The notes beneath the pieces were generated by a model, which ran no database searches, was not told the DNA's origin, and saw only the letters and a list, made by a program, of their open reading frames with translations. A DNA stretch of 64,000 nt from Candidatus Cloacimonadales bacterium (GTDB lineage: Bacteria > Cloacimonadota > Cloacimonadia > Cloacimonadales > DAONDQ01), in NCBI GenBank assembly GCA_963662275.1, contig OY759316.1, positions 2,464,001 through 2,528,000 on the forward strand, read 5' to 3'. The position numbers and the translations under genes are program-made. Positions 51,497 through 64,000 of the stretch are shown piece after piece (positions within the stretch are counted from its first letter, which is position 1; each line of letters starts with the position of its first letter).

Positions 51497-52768
51497 ATGA
51501 TGAAGATAGTAATTAAAAATGGCAACATCTATGAAAACCTGCACTTCATTAAGAAAGACATCCTAATAGAAAACGACCTGATCACAGAAATATCCGAGAT
51601 AATTGAATGTGAAGCAGATCGAGTCATTGATGCTACCGATAAATACATATTCCCTGGATTCATTGATCTACATTGTCACTTGCGTGACCCGGGACAGACA
51701 CATAAGGAAGATATTGTAAGCGGAACCATGGCTGCTGCAAAAGGTGGATTCACAACCATCTGCGCCATGCCGAATACCGACCCCGTAATCGATAACATAG
51801 CAACAGTGGAATACATTCGTCGTAAATCTCATGACCTGGGATATGCCAAAGTCCTTGTCATCGGTGCCATGACTAAAAAGGCGGAAGGAAAGGAAATATC
51901 GGAAATGGCAACTATGCAGAAAGGTGGTATTGTTGCAATAAGTGATGATGGAAATTGTGTACAGAATGCCAAGCTCATGCAGAATTGCCTGAAGTATGCT
52001 GCCAATTTCAATATCCCTGTCATTATCCATGCAGAAGACTACAACCTTGCCGGAAAAGGACAGATAAACGCTGGAAAGATATCTACAAAGATCGGATTGG
52101 GTGGTATTCCCGGTCTTGCTGAAGAGATCATCATTTCACGTGATATCATGCTAGCTGAATCAACCAAAGCCAGGTTACATATAGCCCATATTTCTACATT
52201 AAAATCAGTTGAATTGGTCAGGCAGGCTAAATTACGGGGACTTCCCATAACCTGTGAAGTGACACCTCATCACCTGACGCTCACAGAAGATGCTGCAGAG
52301 ATGTTTGATACGAACACAAAGGTAAAACCACCCCTGCGTTCAAATAGTGACAGGATGGCTTTAATTGATGGTTTGAATGCTGGAATCATTGATTTCATTG
52401 CCACCGATCATGCACCCCATTCTGATTTCGAGAAAGAGCTGGAATTTGATTATGCTCCCTTTGGGATCAATGGATTTGAAACTGCATTTGCTTCACTTTA
52501 CACTCATTTGGTTAAAACCGGATTAGTAAGCCTGGAAAGAATCATTGAAGCTATGACAATAGCCCCTGCACAATTCCTTTCATTGCCTACGGGAACACTT
52601 GAAGTAGGGAAGCAAGCGGATATATCGATAGCTAACCTTGCTGCTACCATCGATATCTCACCCGAGAATATGCTGTCGAAATCAAAGAATACACCTTATC
52701 TCGGAAAGACTCTACAAGGCAGCATTGAAACAACGATATGCAATGGCAGAGTCACATGGGAAATATGA
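51497..52768 (+). CDS. pyrC: Dihydroorotase (type I)
   Basis: PGFIDLHCHLRDPG, AMPNT, EVTPHHL, KVKPPLR, IATDHAPH. Confidence 0.95.
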   Translation: MMKIVIKNGNIYENLHFIKKDILIENDLITEISEIIECEADRVIDATDKYIFPGFIDLHCHLRDPGQTHKEDIVSGTMAAAKGGFTTICAMPNTDPVIDNIATVEYIRRKSHDLGYAKVLVIGAMTKKAEGKEISEMATMQKGGIVAISDDGNCVQNAKLMQNCLKYAANFNIPVIIHAEDYNLAGKGQINAGKISTKIGLGGIPGLAEEIIISRDIMLAESTKARLHIAHISTLKSVELVRQAKLRGLPITCEVTPHHLTLTEDAAEMFDTNTKVKPPLRSNSDRMALIDGLNAGIIDFIATDHAPHSDFEKELEFDYAPFGINGFETAFASLYTHLVKTGLVSLERIIEAMTIAPAQFLSLPTGTLEVGKQADISIANLAATIDISPENMLSKSKNTPYLGKTLQGSIETTICNGRVTWEI

Positions 52769-52769
52769 A

Positions 52770-53519
52770 ATGAGAGATGTATATCCTGTCATAAGTAATA
52801 CAGGTCTGAATCAGAACTATTACGTACTGGAAGTGAACGCTCCTGCAATTGCTTCATCCGCACTCCCAGGACAGTTCTGTCAGATACTACCTGTTCATTT
52901 CACAATGCCTATGCTCAGAATTCCCATCAGTATTTATGATGTGGAAGGAAAGGCAGTCAAATTCATGATCAAAGTCGTTGGACAGGGAACATCACTGTTA
53001 TCCCAATTGCAAAGAAGTGATATGATAGACATCATTGGTCCCTTGGGGAACGGATTCCAGTATAAAAATATGAAACGTGCAGTGCTTGTCAGTGGCGGTG
53101 TTGGCTATGCCCCGCTTGCCTTCCTGAAAACTAACTTGGCGAACATTGAAACGCATTGGCTGCATGGTGGGACTTGTAAAGATGATACATTTCCCTGTGA
53201 TGATACATATACGAATGACGGCAGCCTTGGAAGCCGAGGATTTGTCACAGATGGTCTAAAGAAGTATCTTTCTCATAATAAGACTGATATGATTTATGCC
53301 TGTGGACCGAAAGCCATGTTGGCAACATGTGTTTCAATCGCAAAAGAACATCAAACGCCCATCCAGGTGTCCATGGAAGAATACATGGCTTGTGGAATTG
53401 GCGTGTGTTATGGGTGCGTTATCCCTGTCGTGCGATTGAATGATAATAATCCCTTATACAAAAGAGTTTGTAAAGATGGTCCAATATTTAACGGATATGA
53501 GGTAGATTGGAATGAATAA
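52770..53519 (+). CDS. pyrK: Dihydroorotate dehydrogenase electron transfer subunit
   Basis: PGQF, GPLGNGF, GGVGYAP, CGPKAM, EEYMACGIGVCYGC...VCKDGP (2Fe-2S); ATG at 52770. Confidence 0.92.
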   Translation: MRDVYPVISNTGLNQNYYVLEVNAPAIASSALPGQFCQILPVHFTMPMLRIPISIYDVEGKAVKFMIKVVGQGTSLLSQLQRSDMIDIIGPLGNGFQYKNMKRAVLVSGGVGYAPLAFLKTNLANIETHWLHGGTCKDDTFPCDDTYTNDGSLGSRGFVTDGLKKYLSHNKTDMIYACGPKAMLATCVSIAKEHQTPIQVSMEEYMACGIGVCYGCVIPVVRLNDNNPLYKRVCKDGPIFNGYEVDWNE

Positions 53520-54519
53520 ACAGATTTTACCACCAACTTCAGGCAATCATTCCATAGCTCCGGGTTCAACCGGTTGTCCAGTAGCTCCACCTCTCGTGGC
53601 TCCGGGTTCAGCCGGTTGTCTTCAAACCAACATTGGCAGACTCACACTCCTCAACCCTGTCACAGTAGCCTCCGGTACCTTTGGTATCGAAAGTAGTGAA
53701 TACCTTGATTTGAATCTTCTCGGTGCTATTGTAACTAAAACCATTACTAAAGCACCGAAAGATGGAAATCCACCTCCCAGGTTATTTGAGGTTCCAGGCG
53801 GTCTACTTAACTCCATAGGTCTACAGAACCCCGGATTGAATTCATTCATCAATGATATGCTTCCATTATATTCTAAATACTCTCCCCCTCTGATTGTCAG
53901 TTTCTCAGGTTCATCCATATCTGAATTTGAAGAAGTGCTTCAAAGGTTGGAAGAACAGGAAAGTATTGCCGGTTACGAAGTGAATGTATCCTGTCCAAAT
54001 GTAAAAAAACAAGGCATCGCCTTTGGAACAGATGCAGATGTTTTGTTTGAACTAACCCAAAAGCTGAGGGCACTGACTGAAAAACAACTGATAATAAAAT
54101 TAACACCCAATGTAACAGACATTGTAACTCTTGCACAAGCGGCTGTGAATGGTGGTGCAGATTGCCTGGCTCTCATCAATAGCCTCTATGGTATGGCTAT
54201 CGATTGGAAGACTGGTAAAACAAGAATTGCCAAAGGAATTGCAGGATATACAGGTGCTGCAATCAAACCGGTTGCCTTAGCGAATGTATACAAAGTAGCG
54301 CAGAAGATCAATATTCCAATCATTGCTATGGGTGGTATCTATTCCTGGCAGGATGCGCTTGAATTCATCTATGCAGGGGCTTCTGCAGTAGCTATTGGAA
54401 CAGGACAGTTTATTCAACCTGATCTGGCAATCCAGGTCATTGAGGGCTTAGAAGCTTTTATAATAGAAATGAACAAAAATATAGACAACTTCCATGGTAG
54501 TGTATGGGGTATCCAATAA
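53512..54519 (+). CDS. pyrD: Dihydroorotate dehydrogenase family 1B catalytic subunit, with a repeat-derived N-terminal extension
   Basis: NPVTVASGTFG, GNPPPR, LNSIGLQNPG, NVSCPNV, KLTPNVTDI, IAMGGI. Confidence 0.95.
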   Translation: MNKQILPPTSGNHSIAPGSTGCPVAPPLVAPGSAGCLQTNIGRLTLLNPVTVASGTFGIESSEYLDLNLLGAIVTKTITKAPKDGNPPPRLFEVPGGLLNSIGLQNPGLNSFINDMLPLYSKYSPPLIVSFSGSSISEFEEVLQRLEEQESIAGYEVNVSCPNVKKQGIAFGTDADVLFELTQKLRALTEKQLIIKLTPNVTDIVTLAQAAVNGGADCLALINSLYGMAIDWKTGKTRIAKGIAGYTGAAIKPVALANVYKVAQKINIPIIAMGGIYSWQDALEFIYAGASAVAIGTGQFIQPDLAIQVIEGLEAFIIEMNKNIDNFHGSVWGIQ

Positions 54520-54538
54520 TTTACGCAAAAATGATGAA

Positions 54539-54739
54539 ATGAAAGTTACTTCCAGGTTCTCTCTGATAAAAATGCAGCCAAGTAGAATCAAATGCATTGA
54601 ATGTGGAAAATGCAATCAAAGCTGTCCTATGGATGTTGATGTTATGAAGTATATTAGTCAAGGCAAGAAAGTAACCAGTACAGAATGTATCCTTTGCGGG
54701 TTATGCCACAATGTATGCCCAGTGGGAGCGATTAAGTAA
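54539..54739 (+). CDS. 2x[4Fe-4S] ferredoxin-like ORF, probably the C-terminal remnant of a membrane 4Fe-4S protein
   Basis: CIECGKCNQSCP and CILCGLCHNVCP; no clear RBS. Confidence 0.55.
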   Translation: MKVTSRFSLIKMQPSRIKCIECGKCNQSCPMDVDVMKYISQGKKVTSTECILCGLCHNVCPVGAIK

Positions 54740-54969
54740 ACTCTATTAAGCTTGAATCTTTCTGCATTCAATACAATAATGATAAATTGATCGTGTGGAC
54801 TTAAGCGATAACTGTGGCTATTAGGGAAACTTAGAGAATTTATACTAAAACCACTTCTTATATTTTCCAGCGAATTATGTTTTCTTCATGCTGTTTCGTG
54901 GTTAAAATCTGTTCTTCTCTTCCGTTCGCACTTCGCACTTCGCACTTACAAAAAGAAAAGGGCGTAAGA

Positions 54970-55081
<112 letters not shown>

Positions 55082-55153
55082 TCTTACGCCCTTCATACTT
55101 GTTCAATATGCTGAGTTAGGTAAGACGATAAAGGAGCAAGTGTAAAAGTTTTT

Positions 55154-58283
<3,130 letters not shown>

Positions 58284-58465
58284 ATCGACTTCTACACTCG
58301 CTCCCACGTCTATACTACTTTTCAAAGATCGCTGGCTGATATATCGCTATATCCGCCTGTTTAAATTATCAAAAAATGGAGTGAAGTCAGCGCTTTGCGA
58401 ATGAAATTCATTTGTATGGAAGTTGACCATTTGATCTTACATTTTCTATTGATCGTTTCCTTACA

Positions 58466-60018
<1,553 letters not shown>

Positions 60019-60468
60019 CCTAAACTCATTATCTTCGCAAGTTGCTTCACTTTCACTCCACTTCTATGTTCATTTCAAAGATCGAAACAGGCTTCAACTT
60101 ATCCGTCCCCGCCCATTTGGTTTTGCCAATCTGCTTATCCTCGTTTTCCTGTCAAGGATTTCGTAAATTATATTTCGTTTTTTTTTACTTAACTTGTATA
60201 AAGAGTGTTTTACCCCTCGCTGTACTTAAAGAAAAACTATATTCTATATTATAAATTAGAAGCTGATAATTCAAAATTGTAAATTGCTGATATTCATAAT
60301 TAACCATTTACTGAAGATAATTTATGCTTTTCTACACTTTCTTCAAAGATACCTATTTGTTATTTCAAATTTTTCTTGCCTTTTCAAGCGATTGAATAAA
60401 TTTCGGAAAAAACTTGAATATAAATGAACAATCAAAAGATTGGTATTATCTCTCAAATAAGGAGATTC

Positions 60469-60939
60469 ATGATGGCTAAAATTATTGAAGGGAAATTAAT
60501 TTCCAAGAACTCTAAGTACGCTTTGGTTGTAAGCCGTTTCAACGAATTCATCAGCAACAAGTTGCTTGAAGGCGCAATGGATTGCCTGCTTCGTCATGGG
60601 GCTAAAGATGACGAACTTACAATCATTTGGGTCACTGGTGCTTTTGAAATTCCCCCTACAGCGATGAAAGCTGCTAAGTCCGGTAAATATGATGCTGTAA
60701 TTTGTCTAGGTGCCGTTATTCGTGGCGCTACACCTCATTTTGAATACGTAAGTTCGGAAGTATCCAAAGGAATCGCTACTGCTGCTATGCATAGCGAAGT
60801 TCCAGTAATTTATGGTGTTTTAACCACAGATTCCATTGAACAGGCAATCGAAAGAGCCGGTACTAAAGCTGGTAATAAAGGTTGGGATGCAGCCTTATCT
60901 GCAATTGAGATGATCAATCTATATAAGGAAATGATTTAA
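60469..60939 (+). CDS. ribH: 6,7-dimethyl-8-ribityllumazine synthase
   Basis: [57 protein letters not shown]. Confidence 0.97.
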   Translation: MMAKIIEGKLISKNSKYALVVSRFNEFISNKLLEGAMDCLLRHGAKDDELTIIWVTGAFEIPPTAMKAAKSGKYDAVICLGAVIRGATPHFEYVSSEVSKGIATAAMHSEVPVIYGVLTTDSIEQAIERAGTKAGNKGWDAALSAIEMINLYKEMI

Positions 60940-61385
60940 TGGGTTTACGCCGTAAAGCCCGTGAAATGGTGCTTCAGACATTGTTTGCTATTGATTTCCA
61001 AGAACGTGACCCGGAATTCGGTGAACTTGGACTGTTGAATCATTACGAGGATATTCTAATAGAAATTGCTGCAACAGATGATATCACACCTGAAGATCAA
61101 CGTTATGTTTTCGCAGAGGATCTTATTCGCTGTACAATTCAGAATCTAAGTGAGATTGATTCCATTATCACCAAACACACCAAAAACTGGTCACTGGAAC
61201 GACTGGCAACTATAGATCGTAATATTTTACGTCTTGCCGTTGCTGAATTATACTTCACTGATACACCTGCTGCTATCGTTATCAATGAAGCAATTGAAAT
61301 TGCCAAGAAGTTCAGTACAGAACAATCCGGCAAATTCGTGAATGGAATACTCGACAAAATACAAAGTGAACAGCCAAAAAAATGA
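60939..61385 (+). CDS. nusB: Transcription antitermination factor NusB
   Basis: RRKARE..LQ.LF, WSLERL..IDRNILRLA, INEAIEIAKKFS....KFVNGILD. Confidence 0.96.
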   Translation: MGLRRKAREMVLQTLFAIDFQERDPEFGELGLLNHYEDILIEIAATDDITPEDQRYVFAEDLIRCTIQNLSEIDSIITKHTKNWSLERLATIDRNILRLAVAELYFTDTPAAIVINEAIEIAKKFSTEQSGKFVNGILDKIQSEQPKK

Positions 61386-62284
61386 ATAACACAAATACTT
61401 TAGAAGTCAGTATTGGAGTCATTGTCTATAATGAAGCAGATAATATCCTGCATCTATTAAAAGCATTAGACGACCAGATACTCAACGTGGTTACCATCCG
61501 GGAAATTATAGTTGTTTCCAGTGCCTGTACAGATGGCGCGGATGATTTAGTCCGCACGTATATGGAAACTCACCCCAAAGTTCAACTGATTACAGAACCA
61601 GCCCGTAATGGCAAATCAGCAGCGATTAATTTATTTCTCCAAGCTTCGACCTGCGATATTTGCATTATTGAAAGCGGCGACACTATACCTGCGAAAGAAA
61701 CCGTTGAAAAGATAGTTTCACCATTCCTCAATCTTAGAATAGGTATGACTGGGGCACGTCCAATGCCGGTGAATTCAGATGATAGTTTCATTGGTTATGC
61801 TGTCCATCTCTTATGGCGTTTACATCATAGGATGGCGCAAATTTCTCCCAAACTGGGAGAAATGGTGGCATTCCGAAAGATATTCAATGAAATACAGACT
61901 GATAGTGCAGTTGATGAAGCAAGTATTGAAGCCTTGGTTCGTGATAAACATTATAAGCTGCGCTACGTAGGTGAAGCAATTGTGTATAATAAGGGTCCTG
62001 AGAATATCAAGGATTTTATCAAACAAAGACGCCGTATCGAAACAGGACACCTATGGCTGATGAAAAACCAAGGGTACACAGTTGCCTCCCAAAAAAGCAA
62101 TATCCTGGTAAGAATACTTATTGATGAATTTCTGGAAGCTCCTATCACTGTTATTTGTATTTTTACGGTGATGTTTCTTGAGTATTATTGCCGTTTACTT
62201 GGAAAATATGACTTCTATGTTAAAAAGAGTAATCCCTTTAAATGGGATATCTCAGAATCGACTAAAAATCTTAATAAAGAGTGA
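61382..62284 (+). CDS. GT2 family glycosyltransferase
   Basis: IGVIVYNEA, ACTDG, GKSAAIN, QRRR motif; the DxD position reads ESGD. Confidence 0.75.
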   Translation: MNNTNTLEVSIGVIVYNEADNILHLLKALDDQILNVVTIREIIVVSSACTDGADDLVRTYMETHPKVQLITEPARNGKSAAINLFLQASTCDICIIESGDTIPAKETVEKIVSPFLNLRIGMTGARPMPVNSDDSFIGYAVHLLWRLHHRMAQISPKLGEMVAFRKIFNEIQTDSAVDEASIEALVRDKHYKLRYVGEAIVYNKGPENIKDFIKQRRRIETGHLWLMKNQGYTVASQKSNILVRILIDEFLEAPITVICIFTVMFLEYYCRLLGKYDFYVKKSNPFKWDISESTKNLNKE

Positions 62285-63369
62285 TAATGTTAGAATTGAT
62301 ACCCCGCATTCTTGGATATAAATTGTTTTACGCCATTGGCTTTCCCAAGCTCATGCCGATGAATTATACAGTTAGCCTTCTGTATGAATGCAACTCCAAA
62401 TGCAGCACCTGTAATATCTGGAAAAAGAAGACAGATAAACTGACTGCTGCAGAGTATGGAAAGATGTTCAAAAATATCGGTCATTCTCCCTACTGGATCA
62501 CATTCAGCGGTGGCGAACCTTTCCTCAGGGCTGATCTTGCAGAAGTAGTAAAAACGATCTATGATGCTTCCTATCCAAAAATTATCAATATTCCGACAAA
62601 TGGCATCCTGACCAATAAAATTGTCAAGGATGTGGAAAAAATATGTAACGCCTGTCCGAAGAGCCAAGTCATTATCAATGTTTCATTGGATGGTATCGAT
62701 ACTGAACATGACAACATCCGCAATGTACCGGGTAATTATAAAAAATCTGTTACCACTTTCAAGAAACTGAAGTCTCTTGAATTGAAGAATTTGGCAGTTG
62801 GAATTCATACTGTCATATCGCAGTTTAATGTGGATAATTTCACCTACATTGCCAGTAATCTGATGGCATTGGAACCGGACTCATATATCACTGAAATTGC
62901 TGAAGAAAGGGTAGAGTTGGATACGATTGGGATGGAAATTACGCCAAGTATCCTGGCATACAAATCAGCGATAGATTTTCTGATACATCGAATCAAGAAT
63001 GGAAAGTTTAAAGGTGTGAATAAGATCACCATGGCATTCCGTATCGAATACTACAACCTGGTCAAGCGTATCCTCCGTGATAAGAAACAGATCATTCCCT
63101 GTTATTCAGGACTTGCATCCGCACAAATATCCCCCGCTGGTGATTTGTGGAGTTGCTGCATCAAAGCAAAAACCCATGGCAATCTTAAAAAAAATGGGTT
63201 TGATTTCAGGAAGTTATGGTTTAGTCCTGATATGAATAAAGAAAGACTGTCCATTAAAAATAAACAATGCTGGTGTCCACTGGCTAACGCTTCCTATACG
63301 AACATGTTGATGGATTTTCCAACACTGTTCAGGGTTTTTCATCGCAGTTTTCTGAAATGGTGGACTTGA
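62281..63369 (+). CDS. Radical SAM protein with C-terminal SPASM/twitch-like Cys motif
   Basis: CNSKCSTC, FSGGEPFLR, VSLDG...HD.IR, C-terminal CYSG...GDLWSCC...CWC. Confidence 0.9.
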   Translation: MIMLELIPRILGYKLFYAIGFPKLMPMNYTVSLLYECNSKCSTCNIWKKKTDKLTAAEYGKMFKNIGHSPYWITFSGGEPFLRADLAEVVKTIYDASYPKIINIPTNGILTNKIVKDVEKICNACPKSQVIINVSLDGIDTEHDNIRNVPGNYKKSVTTFKKLKSLELKNLAVGIHTVISQFNVDNFTYIASNLMALEPDSYITEIAEERVELDTIGMEITPSILAYKSAIDFLIHRIKNGKFKGVNKITMAFRIEYYNLVKRILRDKKQIIPCYSGLASAQISPAGDLWSCCIKAKTHGNLKKNGFDFRKLWFSPDMNKERLSIKNKQCWCPLANASYTNMLMDFPTLFRVFHRSFLKWWT

Positions 63370-63402
63370 TAACGTTCTATCATTTGCTGAAGGGATGGTT
63401 AC

Positions 63403-64000
63403 ATGTTGAGTATTAAGGCATCATCTGCAAATCATGAAAGCAATATATTTTTTTCAACCTATTTCCAGGGGAAAAGCAATTTTATAGCTCTTGCCACCCA
63501 TACTTCCCTAAAAAGCGAATTATATGATCAAATTAATTCTTTCATAATTAACGAATTACTTCTGCAGGATTTAGAGAATTCCACAAAAGATAAAGTGGAA
63601 GAAGCTTTAAAAGAGTTCTTTGTTGAATTGAACTGGAAACTATATGCTAAATTCAGACAAACCAATCTTCCCGAACAGGGAATTTCCTTACTCCTTGCCT
63701 TAGTTTTCAATAATGACGTTTATCTTGTCCAATTCGGACGAATGCTATGCTGTACGATTTGTGGAAAGAAACTGACTGAGGTAGGAAGACCTTGGGAAAA
63801 TTTTCATGTAAAATCTAAGAACGATCTATTCCTGCTGGGCAGCATTGATGATAATATCCCGGTGAAGGTACTCCAAGTTGAATTGAAGCCGGGAATGTAT
63901 TTCTTCTGTCTTCCTTCCACCCACACAGATAACTTTAGCCGACAAATCGACGATGAAGTATTACCGTTACAATATCTGTTTAATTTGTATGTGGATACTC
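63403..64000 (+). CDS. Hypothetical protein, possibly a degenerate PP2C-like fold (3'-truncated by window edge)
   Basis: Own translation: MLSIKASSANHESNIFFSTYFQ...LNWKLY...GISLLLALVFNNDVYLVQFGR; no stop seen in the part translated. Fold guess is weak. Confidence 0.5.
   Translation, partial: MLSIKASSANHESNIFFSTYFQGKSNFIALATHTSLKSELYDQINSFIINELLLQDLENSTKDKVEEALKEFFVELNWKLYAKFRQTNLPEQGISLLLALVFNNDVYLVQFGRMLCCTICGKKLTEVGRPWENFHVKSKNDLFLLGSIDDNIPVKVLQVELKPGMYFFCLPSTHTDNFSRQIDDEVLPLQYLFNLYVDT

Noticed and set aside
60020..60468. FMN riboswitch upstream of ribH
   Set aside because: No RFN consensus; the region is AT-rich and shared with the divergent rRNA promoter.

Overview
64-kb window of a low-GC anaerobic bacterium. 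The 16S sequence and the many secreted proteins ending in an FlgD-Ig/'Por-secretion-like' C-terminal domain suggest Cloacimonadota (inference, not database-checked). Housekeeping content: serC, maf, nifJ/PFOR, radA, pyrB-pyrC-pyrK-pyrD, a minus-strand 16S-23S-5S operon without spacer tRNAs, and ribH-nusB. Accessory content: (i) three TMTC-like GT-C/TPR membrane glycosyltransferases (one broken by an in-frame amber codon) clustered with GT2 enzymes and a small 4-TM protein, a candidate bacterial protein O-glycosylation system; (ii) five large secreted beta-propeller/Ig-fold proteins, including a tandem pair with divergent heads on a near-identical stalk; (iii) a frameshifted IS21 inserted in a heptamer array; (iv) an MNT-HEPN toxin-antitoxin pair; (v) many REP-like palindromes and short tandem repeats. 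Other notable observations: a ~220-nt intervening sequence in 23S rRNA helix 25, a PyrR leader that seems to act through a uORF and an anti-Shine-Dalgarno helix rather than a terminator, an intergenic repeat translated in-frame at the start of pyrD, and a tandem serC paralogue that has lost several PLP-contact residues. No CRISPR array or tRNA was found.
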